Part shown: positions 56,596-64,000 of the stretch, piece by piece
Layout: every line of letters begins with the position of its first letter
How positions within the stretch are numbered: position 1 is the stretch's first letter
From: Candidatus Velthaea sp.
Lineage (GTDB): Bacteria > Vulcanimicrobiota > Vulcanimicrobiia > Vulcanimicrobiales > Vulcanimicrobiaceae
NCBI GenBank assembly: GCA_965214935.1
Contig: CBDCCS010000001.1
Coordinates: 106,190 to 170,189 of the forward strand
DNA: 64,000 nucleotides
Direction: 5' to 3'
Translations under genes and position numbers: made by a program
Notes under the pieces: generated by a model
Databases searched by the model: none
Told to the model about the DNA's origin: nothing
What the model saw: only the letters and a program-made list of their open reading frames with translations

Positions 56596-58142
56596 GCGGC
56601 CGTCCGCCACTCGTTCTGGCGATCCTCGACGGCTGGGGCTGCCGCAGTGCCGTGCACGGCAATGCCATCGAAGCCGCGCGCACCCCGAATTGGGATCGGA
56701 TCGTGCGCGCGTATCCGTGCACCGAACTCGATGCCAGCGGCGAAGCGGTCGGCCTGCCGGCCGGGATCATGGGCAATAGTGAAGTCGGGCATATCAACAT
56801 CGGCTCGGGACGCACGGTACCGCAAGGGATCGTCGTGATCGATGCGGAGATCGCCGACGGCTCTTTCGAGCGCAATGCGGCGCTTACGGCCGTATTAACG
56901 CGCCTGGCAGTAACGCACGGAACGCTGCATCTTCTTGGTCTGGTGTCCGACGGCAAAGTGCATAGCTCGCTGGACCATCTGGAAGCCCTGATCGACGCGG
57001 CGGTTGCAGCGGGCGTTCCGCTCGCCGTCGACGCATTGCTCGACGGCCGCGATGTTCCGCCACGCTCGGCGAAAACATACCTGGCTCGACTCGAAGCCTA
57101 TCTTGCTGCGGCCGGCCGGCCGGGTGCGATCGCGACGATCGGGGGCCGGTATTTCGGGATGGATCGCGACAAACGCTGGGATCGCATCGAAAAGGCCTAT
57201 ACAGCGCTCGCACGCGCGCAATCAGCGTACCGCTATCCGACCGCCCTTGACGCGCTCGATGCGGCCTACGCGCGCGATGAGAACGACGAATTCGTCGTGC
57301 CGACGATCGTCGGCGAACCGCGCCCGATCCGCGATGGGGACGCCGTCATCTTCTTCAACTTTCGCCCCGATCGCGCGCGACAGATGACGATGGCGTTGAG
57401 CGATCCGGCTTTTGCCGAGTTCCCGGTCGAGCACTTCGCGGCGCTCGTTGTGGCCACGATGACGAAGTATGAAGAGTATTTCTTTAATCCCGTACTCTTC
57501 GGTCCGCGACCGCAAGCCGACACCTTCGGCGAAGTTATCGCTCGAGCCGGTCTACGCCAATTACGGCTGGCCGAGACGGAGAAGTACGCGCACGTCACAT
57601 ACTTTTTCAACGGCGGCCGCGAAGACGTATTTGCCAAGGAAGACCGTGTTTTGATTCCCTCCAATCGCACCGTTGCGACATACGATCTAGCACCGGAGAT
57701 GTCGGCCGCACAAATAACGGCGACCGCGTTAGACGACCTCGCGGCGCTTCGCCACGACGTCATCATCATGAATTATGCCAATGCCGATATGGTCGGACAT
57801 ACCGGTAAGTGGGAGCCGACAATTGCAAGCATTGAGATCCTCGACGGCTGTCTTGGGCAATTGGAAGCCGCGGTCGTAGCGACGGGCGGTACGCTTGCCA
57901 TTACGTCCGACCATGGGAACGCCGAAGAAAAAATCGATAGAGACGGTAATCCGCTCACGGCTCATACCACGAATCGCGTTCCGTTTGTGTTAGCCGCAGC
58001 GGCGCCGGTCGGCACGTTGCGGAGCGGCGGCAAGTTGGGCGACGTTGCAACGACGTTATTGCCGTTGCTGGGCCTGCCGGTGCCGCCGGCAATGAACGGC
58101 ATGAATTTGCTCGAGACATCCTCGGCACCGGCGGCCGTCTGA
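56592..58142 (+). CDS. gpmI: 2,3-bisphosphoglycerate-independent phosphoglycerate mutase
   Basis: ILDGWG, MGNSEVGH, MDRD.RW, NFRPDRAR, AETEKYAHVT.FFNGG, DMVGHTG, DHGNAE. Confidence 0.97.
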   Translation: MSGRPPLVLAILDGWGCRSAVHGNAIEAARTPNWDRIVRAYPCTELDASGEAVGLPAGIMGNSEVGHINIGSGRTVPQGIVVIDAEIADGSFERNAALTAVLTRLAVTHGTLHLLGLVSDGKVHSSLDHLEALIDAAVAAGVPLAVDALLDGRDVPPRSAKTYLARLEAYLAAAGRPGAIATIGGRYFGMDRDKRWDRIEKAYTALARAQSAYRYPTALDALDAAYARDENDEFVVPTIVGEPRPIRDGDAVIFFNFRPDRARQMTMALSDPAFAEFPVEHFAALVVATMTKYEEYFFNPVLFGPRPQADTFGEVIARAGLRQLRLAETEKYAHVTYFFNGGREDVFAKEDRVLIPSNRTVATYDLAPEMSAAQITATALDDLAALRHDVIIMNYANADMVGHTGKWEPTIASIEILDGCLGQLEAAVVATGGTLAITSDHGNAEEKIDRDGNPLTAHTTNRVPFVLAAAAPVGTLRSGGKLGDVATTLLPLLGLPVPPAMNGMNLLETSSAPAAV

Positions 58143-58146
58143 CCGC

Positions 58147-59004
58147 GTGAAGAAAAAACACGTCGAAGAAGCCGCGGCCTACGTCATCGATCGCGCCGGC
58201 GGCGAAATCGATTGCGCGATCGTCTTAGGCTCGGGTTTTGGCGGCGTGTTGCGCAATCGAATCGACGCAACCGCCGTCGGGTATAAAAAGCTGGCGGGCA
58301 TGCCACAACCGACCGTACCGGGTCATGCCGGCGAAGCCTTGATCGGCGAACTGCACGGCCGTCGGGTCATCGCGTTTTCGGGCCGCTTTCATCTCTACGA
58401 AGGCCGCTCGCCGCTCGAGGTTACGTATCCGGTCGCGGTTGCCGCGGCCGCCGGCGCGCGGACGATCGTGTTGACGAACGCTGCCGGTGCCGTCAACACG
58501 GAGTTCGCCGCCGGCGATTTAATGCTGCTCGACGATCAAATAAATTTGACCGGAACGAGTCCGCTGCTCGGCGTGCACCCGCCTTTCGGCATCAAAGACC
58601 GATTCGTCGACATGGTCCATGCCTACGCACCGCAACTGCGCGAACTTGCCCGACACATGGCACGTGAATACGCCATCGCAATGCGCAGCGGCGTCTACGC
58701 CGGTTTAGCCGGTCCGGCGTACGAGACGCCGGCCGAAGCGCGCTATCTGCGTACGCTCGGTGCCGATGCGGTCGGCATGTCGACGGTGCTGGAAACAATT
58801 GCTGCTCGCGCGCTCGGGTGTCAGGTCGTTGCATTTAGTCTCATCACCAACGTGCATAACAGCGGCAAGACCTCGCATGTCGAGGTTCTGGCCGCTGCTG
58901 CGAAAGGCGCCGATTCGATTGCGCGACTCGTCGAGGGCATCGTCGCCAACCTCGAGCCCGCAGTCGCCTTACAAGAGCGAGTTTCGCGCGGGCATTTGAC
59001 GTAG
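58147..59004 (+). CDS. punA: Purine-nucleoside phosphorylase (trimeric type)
   Basis: IVLGSG, GHAG, GRFH.YEG, LTNAAG, GP.YETPAE, GADAVGMSTV.E. Confidence 0.92.
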   Translation: MKKKHVEEAAAYVIDRAGGEIDCAIVLGSGFGGVLRNRIDATAVGYKKLAGMPQPTVPGHAGEALIGELHGRRVIAFSGRFHLYEGRSPLEVTYPVAVAAAAGARTIVLTNAAGAVNTEFAAGDLMLLDDQINLTGTSPLLGVHPPFGIKDRFVDMVHAYAPQLRELARHMAREYAIAMRSGVYAGLAGPAYETPAEARYLRTLGADAVGMSTVLETIAARALGCQVVAFSLITNVHNSGKTSHVEVLAAAAKGADSIARLVEGIVANLEPAVALQERVSRGHLT

Positions 59005-59280
59005 CTGCGCGAGCAGCGACGCACCCGGCTCGGTAAGCGCGAGCTTTAATCCGATCTGAATGAGATACAGCAACAAACTCAGTCCATTCCACAGAACGAT
59101 CGGCGTCGAGCGGATTTCAACTCCATACGAGAACCAGAGCAGAACGCCGAAGCCGAACATCCCCAGGGTGGCAAGGGAGATGTCGTCCATCGATCGCGTT
59201 CGGATCGCGTAGACAATCTGAGGTAGGCTTGCGAACGTGGTGAGCGCACCCGCCACTAAGCCGAGTGCAACGGTATTCAC
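58969..59280 (-). CDS. SemiSWEET (PQ-loop) transporter
   Basis: G..AG.LTT....PQ......RS..DIS, G..LW..YG......P....N; three TM segments. Confidence 0.88.
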   Translation of the reverse strand: MNTVALGLVAGALTTFASLPQIVYAIRTRSMDDISLATLGMFGFGVLLWFSYGVEIRSTPIVLWNGLSLLLYLIQIGLKLALTEPGASLLAQLRQMPARNSLL

Positions 59281-59680
59281 TATTTTCTTCTATCTGATCA
59301 CCGAAGTTACAACGGTGATAACATGGAGCGTCTTACGATGAATTCAGCACTCCATTACGTTTAACGCAGCCTGCTTGCCATTCGTTGCGACGTAACGTTA
59401 AGAAGCTACAACGCGCTGCATTCAAAATATCTTTGTACGACTAGAAGAAAGAACCACGTTGTCACGCTGCCGCCGCCGGTGAAAATATTGCCGCGTGCGC
59501 GTTCCTCATCCAGCAGTAATGCTTAACCGTTATACGCTTAGGTACCATTGACCTACGATTGATGAGTACCAAGCCGCACGTCCGTACGGTTGAAGAGAAC
59601 AAGAAGCGTAAAGTTAAACACGATGAGACCGCCGGCATCGCTCGTTGCACGCATCGCGCAACGCCGCGTAGCGAACATAG

Positions 59681-59977
59681 CTACGGACGCAGCCGATAAC
59701 AGCCGCTGGCGTCGATTCCGAGGGTCATCGTACCGAGCGCGATATCGCGCAGCCGATGGTCCCAAAAAGTCAGCACTTTGAGCGCGAACGGCCGCAGCGC
59801 GGTAACGATGACGCGAGCCCGAGCGGAAATCGACAGCACGTCACGTTGCCACATCGGGTGGTCGTTCGGCAGCGATGGCACGCGTTCGGTTGCATCGACG
59901 TCCGCGCTTAGGCCGGGGACGGCGCCCGACGCAACGAGTTCGATTCCCGAACGTTGAGCGGCAAGCGGATCGTTCAT
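59681..59977 (-). CDS. Hypothetical protein downstream of fliA
   Basis: ATG overlaps the fliA stop (ATGA); 98 aa; no motif recognised. Confidence 0.5.
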   Translation of the reverse strand: MNDPLAAQRSGIELVASGAVPGLSADVDATERVPSLPNDHPMWQRDVLSISARARVIVTALRPFALKVLTFWDHRLRDIALGTMTLGIDASGCYRLRP

Positions 59978-60639
59978 GCCGTCGGCACCAATTCGACGCG
60001 CAGCCGGGCGATCGCCATGAGATGGAGCTGCGATACGCGTTGCGGCGAGACGTCCATTTCGCGGCTAAGCGTCCGCAACGAGCGCTCGGCGAAGTAATGC
60101 GCATCGATGACGCTGCGTTCGCGCGCCGGCAACACGTCAAGTGCGATACGCAATCGCGCCCGTTCGGCGCGTTCAACCGTAACTGCGAGCGGATCGTGGT
60201 CGGCGGCAAGTTCGATGCGCTCGCTGTTGGGCAGCGGCGCATCGATCGAAACCGGGGTTCCGCGATGTGCTTCAGTGCGCGCGCGTTTGAGCGCCGGAAC
60301 GCGTTGTTCCATCTCGGCGATCGACGGAAGGATACCGCGTTGGGTGGCCAATGCGTAGCGCTCGCGGTCGGCGTCGCGCAACGTCCGCCGAACGCGTTCG
60401 CTCACCGGGTCAAGCCGGCGAATACCGTTGAGCATCGCACCGGCCACAACGCGGCGCGCATATTGCTCGAGCGTTACGCCGTGGCGCGGATCGAACGAGT
60501 CGACGGCACGAATCAAACCGATGCTGCCGTCGCCGATGAGATCGTCGACATCGCTGCCGCCGACCACGCGCGCGATCCGCCGTGCAATGCGCCGCACGAG
60601 CGGCAGCAGCGCGCGAATCTGTTCTTCGCGATCGATCAT
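59974..60639 (-). CDS. fliA: Sigma-28 family RNA polymerase sigma factor (FliA/WhiG)
   Basis: LPLVRRIA, DDLI..G.IGLI.AV..FDP..G, region 4 LP.RER......Y......EM.VS..RVSQLH; downstream of rod genes. Confidence 0.88.
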   Translation of the reverse strand: MIDREEQIRALLPLVRRIARRIARVVGGSDVDDLIGDGSIGLIRAVDSFDPRHGVTLEQYARRVVAGAMLNGIRRLDPVSERVRRTLRDADRERYALATQRGILPSIAEMEQRVPALKRARTEAHRGTPVSIDAPLPNSERIELAADHDPLAVTVERAERARLRIALDVLPARERSVIDAHYFAERSLRTLSREMDVSPQRVSQLHLMAIARLRVELVPTA

Positions 60640-60806
60640 CGCCGCGGCCGTATGAATAGCGTTTGCACGACCGAACTCGTTACCGCGTCACCGGCCGGAC
60701 CGAGCGCGGCCGTCAACGGTTCGAGTATCTCGCGAAAGAGAACGGCTTGGATTACGTCGGCCGGCCGGACCGTACTCGCGGGCTTTGCGTTCGCGGCGTC
60801 AGCCAC
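60636..60806 (-). CDS. Small protein, possible minimal FlgJ-like rod-binding peptide
   Basis: GTG at 60806 overlaps the flgG end and its stop overlaps the fliA ATG; helix 'IQAVLFREILEPL'. Confidence 0.45.
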   Translation of the reverse strand: MADAANAKPASTVRPADVIQAVLFREILEPLTAALGPAGDAVTSSVVQTLFIRPRR

Positions 60807-61524
60807 GGTGAAGGTTATTGGCGATTCGCAACATTTCATCGGCCGCTTGAACTCCTTTCGCGTTCGCTTCGTACGCACGTTGCGCGGTAAGAATTTGCAT
60901 CATCGATTCTACGATCGACACGTTCGATTTTTCGAGCATGCCGAAAGCGATGGTCGCGTGCTCGTCGCCCGGGCCAAAACGACGGGCGGAACCCGACGCG
61001 TCGGTTGCGGCAAACAAAGTTCCGCCGAGTGCACGCAACCGCTCGGGAGCGCTAAATGAAGCCAGAAGGAGACGTCCGGCCGCGCGATGTTTCGCCGCCG
61101 GCGTGTCGACGAACACACGCCCGTCTTTATCGACGTTCGCCGTCAAAGCGTCGGCCGGGAGACGAACGTCGCGCAGCGTCCAGCCGTCCGCGTTGTGCAG
61201 CTTTCCATCGGCGCTGCGAGTAAATTCGCCGGCGCGCGTGTAGGCCGGGCGGCCGTCTTTTTCCACGCAGAAAAAGCCCGAACCGTCGATGGCTAAATCG
61301 AATGGACCGCCGCTTTTCATCAATTTGCCTTGCTCGAGAATTGCGTGTCGGCCGACGGACGCCGTGCCTAAGCCAAGCGTTCCGCCGGCGTTGACGTCGG
61401 CAAATGACGCAGCCGCGCTTTTAAATCCGGCGACATCGGCGTTCGCGAGATTGTCGGCAATGATGTCGAGATTCGTCTGCTGCGCCGACATGCCCGACGC
61501 AGCGGCATACATCGCGCGATTCAC
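60799..61524 (-). CDS. flgG: Flagellar basal-body rod protein FlgG
   Basis: Y.AASGM.AQQ..LD.IA.NLAN....GFK, DLAI.G.GFF, YTR.G.F, LE.SNV..V..M...AQRAYEAN.K. Confidence 0.88.
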   Translation of the reverse strand: MNRAMYAAASGMSAQQTNLDIIADNLANADVAGFKSAAASFADVNAGGTLGLGTASVGRHAILEQGKLMKSGGPFDLAIDGSGFFCVEKDGRPAYTRAGEFTRSADGKLHNADGWTLRDVRLPADALTANVDKDGRVFVDTPAAKHRAAGRLLLASFSAPERLRALGGTLFAATDASGSARRFGPGDEHATIAFGMLEKSNVSIVESMMQILTAQRAYEANAKGVQAADEMLRIANNLHRG

Positions 61525-62108
61525 TTGAGCCGTACCACGTCGTTAACGGCTTTCTGCCGCGTTTCGTCGATGGCAACGAGTACTTTCTGCGCGGTCTCAA
61601 AGGCGCGTTGGGCGTTTAGAATCTCAAGCGTTTCACCGATCGCATTGACGTTGCTCGTTTCGAGCGCACCCGTCTGAATTTTCGAACCGGGCGGTAACGC
61701 AATGCGATTGACGACATGGGCGCCGGACCGCACCACGCCGTCGGCGCCGATCGTCGTTCGCTCGCCGACGGCGATCGGGCCGTTCGTTCCGATCAGATGC
61801 CGTCCGCGGTCGTCGCTCAAGTAGCCGTTGCGGTCGCTGGTAAAGGCCCCGTTGCGCGTCGTCAGTGCGCCGACGTGGAAATCACCCGGGCCGACGATGG
61901 CGAGATCGAAAGTACGGCCGGTCGTACGAATCGCTCCTTGTTCGGTCGTGCGCTCCGCCCGCGCGACGACACCCCGCGCGGTTAGAGCAACATGCGAAGT
62001 CGCGCGCCGGTATCCGTCACTCGAAACGTTGGCGAGATTCTGCGTCGCCGTCTCGAGCTCAGAACGCGCGGCATGCATCGCGCTGGCCATCCACTGCATT
62101 CCATCCAT
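61521..62108 (-). CDS. flgF: Short flagellar basal-body rod protein (FlgF-like)
   Basis: NLANVSS.GY, G.I..TGR.FDLAI.G.G.F, TRNG.F, LE.SNVN, QRAFE. Confidence 0.7.
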   Translation of the reverse strand: MDGMQWMASAMHAARSELETATQNLANVSSDGYRRATSHVALTARGVVARAERTTEQGAIRTTGRTFDLAIVGPGDFHVGALTTRNGAFTSDRNGYLSDDRGRHLIGTNGPIAVGERTTIGADGVVRSGAHVVNRIALPPGSKIQTGALETSNVNAIGETLEILNAQRAFETAQKVLVAIDETRQKAVNDVVRLK

Positions 62109-62180
62109 TGCCGGATCGTATCCGGCCGAAATGAGCGAATTATGACCGTCCGGTGTCGCTGCATGACCGCTCGTCGCGGC

Positions 62181-64000
62181 TTAGCGGGTTGCGTGCGCCT
62201 GCCCGTTGCACGCTGCATACGCATCGATGTCGTCGGCGACGGTCAAAACGGCATCGCGCAGCTTGATGAGCAGCGCCGGAGCGATACCCCATGATTCGCT
62301 CGATGCCGCCGTTTGCAGCGCCGAACCGAGATCGACCAAGCGCGCACAGCGGATACTTCCGCTCGTCCCCTTGAGACGATGCGCCGCTTCGAGCACGGTG
62401 TCGCGATCGTGCGTCGAAACGGCTTCTTCGATGCGGCGAAGGTCGGCGCGGATTGCACTCATCGCCGCTTCGAGAAACTGCTCGACCGCCGCATTTTCGC
62501 CGTCGAAAATATCGAGCAACAGCGCAAGACCGACGGTCGGAACGCGAACGATTGCGGGCACGTCGCGGGTCAGCCGGCGCCGGTCGATCGCCGGCAGCCA
62601 ACGATCGATAAGTGCATCGAGCGCGCTAAGCGTCGCGGGCTTCGAGAGGTAATCATCCATGCCGCTATTCAAGCAACGCTCGCGATCTTCGGTGCGAGCG
62701 TCGGCGGTCATGGCGACGATCGGCACCCGCTTGCCGCCGGGGCGTTCGCGACGCCGAATCTCCCGGGTCGTCTCGAACCCGTCCATCCCGGGCATTTGAC
62801 AATCCATGAAGATGAGATCGAAGCGCTCGCGTTCGATCGCCTCGATACATGCAAGCCCGCTCGATACCGTCGTTATTTTGAAACCTAAGCGCATTAATTG
62901 CTTGCCGGCAAGTAAGGTATTAACGTCGTTATCGTCGACGACGATAATGCGCTCGGGGCGCACGATCGCGGGATCGCTTGACGGCGCGCCGGCGGCCGGA
63001 CTCTCCGTGGCGCTGCGTTCGCGCACGACCGATCGTAAGAATGGAACCTCGAACCAAAACGAAGAGCCTTGTCCCAAAACGCTTTCAACGCCGATCGTAC
63101 CGCCCATGAGCGCGACGAGTTCGGCGGAGATCGAGAGACCGAGACCCGTTCCGCCGTAACGCCGTGTCGTCGAAGCGTCGCCTTGCGTGAAGGGCTGAAA
63201 TAGACGCTTGACGGTTTCCGAGGGGATACCGATACCCGTATCGCTGATCGTCCAGCGCACCGCAACCTTGCCGCTTACCGTTGGAATTGCGGTAACGGCA
63301 ATGGCGACGCGACCGCCCGAGGCGGTGAACTTCAGCGCATTGCCGGCAAGATTGAGCAAAATTTGCCGGATTCGGCCGGGGTCGCCGAGCACGTCGCTCG
63401 GCACGTCCGGCCCGATCGACGTTTCCAGCGACACGTTCTTCGCGCGAAATTGGGGCTGCAAGAGTTCGACGACGGAATGGACTTGACGCGGGAGATGAAA
63501 GTCAACGCTTTCAACTTCGACTTTGCCCGCTTCGATTTTTGAGTAGTCGAGAATATCATTGAGAACGCGCAGCAGCGATTGACCCGAATCACGCATGACT
63601 TGGGTGTATTCGCGTTGCTCGTCGTTGAGCGCGGTAAGCATGAGAAGTTCGGCCATCCCGACGATACCGTTCATCGGAGTGCGTATTTCATGGCTCATCG
63701 TGGCAAGGAAACGCGACTTGCTTTCGGTTGCCGCGAGAGCCGCTGCATAAGCCTCGGTTTTGAGGTTCTCGCTCAGTTTTCGTTCCTCGATGTCAGTCGC
63801 GGTAACGATCCAGCGGTCGGAAGGCGCGCCGTCCCCGAAACACACCGACCGCACGAGATGCCAGCGCACTTCACCATCGTACCGGCGGATGCGCATTTCG
63901 TATTCCGACGTCGCGGCTACGCCGCTTCGCCCGGTTGAATCGGGACCATCCGGTGATGCCGATAGCAAGAAGCCGTCAAGTCCGATCGCGCGGCTCTCGG
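62181..64000 (-). CDS. Hybrid sensor histidine kinase (PAC-HisKA-HATPase-REC-HPt), 5' end outside the window
   Basis: FLATMSHEIRTPMNG, LNLAGNALKFT, DTGIGI, GGTGLGL, REC VVDD/MDCQMP.MDG/KP, HPt AHRLKG.S; frame stays open to the edge. Confidence 0.93.
   Translation of the reverse strand, partial: ESRAIGLDGFLLSASPDGPDSTGRSGVAATSEYEMRIRRYDGEVRWHLVRSVCFGDGAPSDRWIVTATDIEERKLSENLKTEAYAAALAATESKSRFLATMSHEIRTPMNGIVGMAELLMLTALNDEQREYTQVMRDSGQSLLRVLNDILDYSKIEAGKVEVESVDFHLPRQVHSVVELLQPQFRAKNVSLETSIGPDVPSDVLGDPGRIRQILLNLAGNALKFTASGGRVAIAVTAIPTVSGKVAVRWTISDTGIGIPSETVKRLFQPFTQGDASTTRRYGGTGLGLSISAELVALMGGTIGVESVLGQGSSFWFEVPFLRSVVRERSATESPAAGAPSSDPAIVRPERIIVVDDNDVNTLLAGKQLMRLGFKITTVSSGLACIEAIERERFDLIFMDCQMPGMDGFETTREIRRRERPGGKRVPIVAMTADARTEDRERCLNSGMDDYLSKPATLSALDALIDRWLPAIDRRRLTRDVPAIVRVPTVGLALLLDIFDGENAAVEQFLEAAMSAIRADLRRIEEAVSTHDRDTVLEAAHRLKGTSGSIRCARLVDLGSALQTAASSESWGIAPALLIKLRDAVLTVADDIDAYAACNGQAHATR

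Noticed and set aside
62109..62180. Sigma-28 promoter upstream of flgF
   Set aside because: The TAAT...GCCGGATA spacing does not fit the TAAA-N15-GCCGATAA consensus
1..64000. tRNA, rRNA, CRISPR array, IS/integrase, prophage
   Set aside because: None recognised; intergenic gaps are short and lack the signatures. A covariance-model scan was not possible.

Overview
GC-rich bacterial window, almost fully coding. It has Terrabacteria-type housekeeping synteny (mfd...prsA-mazG-S4/yabO-whiA-gap-pgk-tpiA-gpmI) together with diderm features (TonB-dependent receptor, LptD-like protein, hldD), compatible with a lineage such as Eremiobacterota/Vulcanimicrobiota (inference only). 1-35 kb is a large cell-surface glycan region. 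It holds a sulfotransferase-like/epimerase/split-transketolase/GT2/DUF4915/GT-C operon, four paralogous tandem-GT2 enzymes, a coiled-coil methyltransferase, wzm/wzt, a flippase, an O-antigen ligase-like protein, murJ, an initiating sugar transferase, deoB, pdp, hldD and a second GT-C. 35-39 kb: hsp20 with a CIRCE-overlapped promoter, then mfd. 39.4-49.6 kb: an apparent insert between mfd and prsA, in which three genes share an exact GGGTA(T/C)-N9-ATG upstream motif around an uncharacterised acyl-CoA dehydrogenase/PIG-L/NodS-methyltransferase/GT2 module. 49.7-59 kb: housekeeping and glycolysis genes, two with apparent CTG start codons. 59-64 kb: SemiSWEET, fliA, flgG/flgF and a partial hybrid histidine kinase. 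No rRNA, tRNA, CRISPR array or transposase was seen. All calls come from motif recognition by eye; no searches were run.
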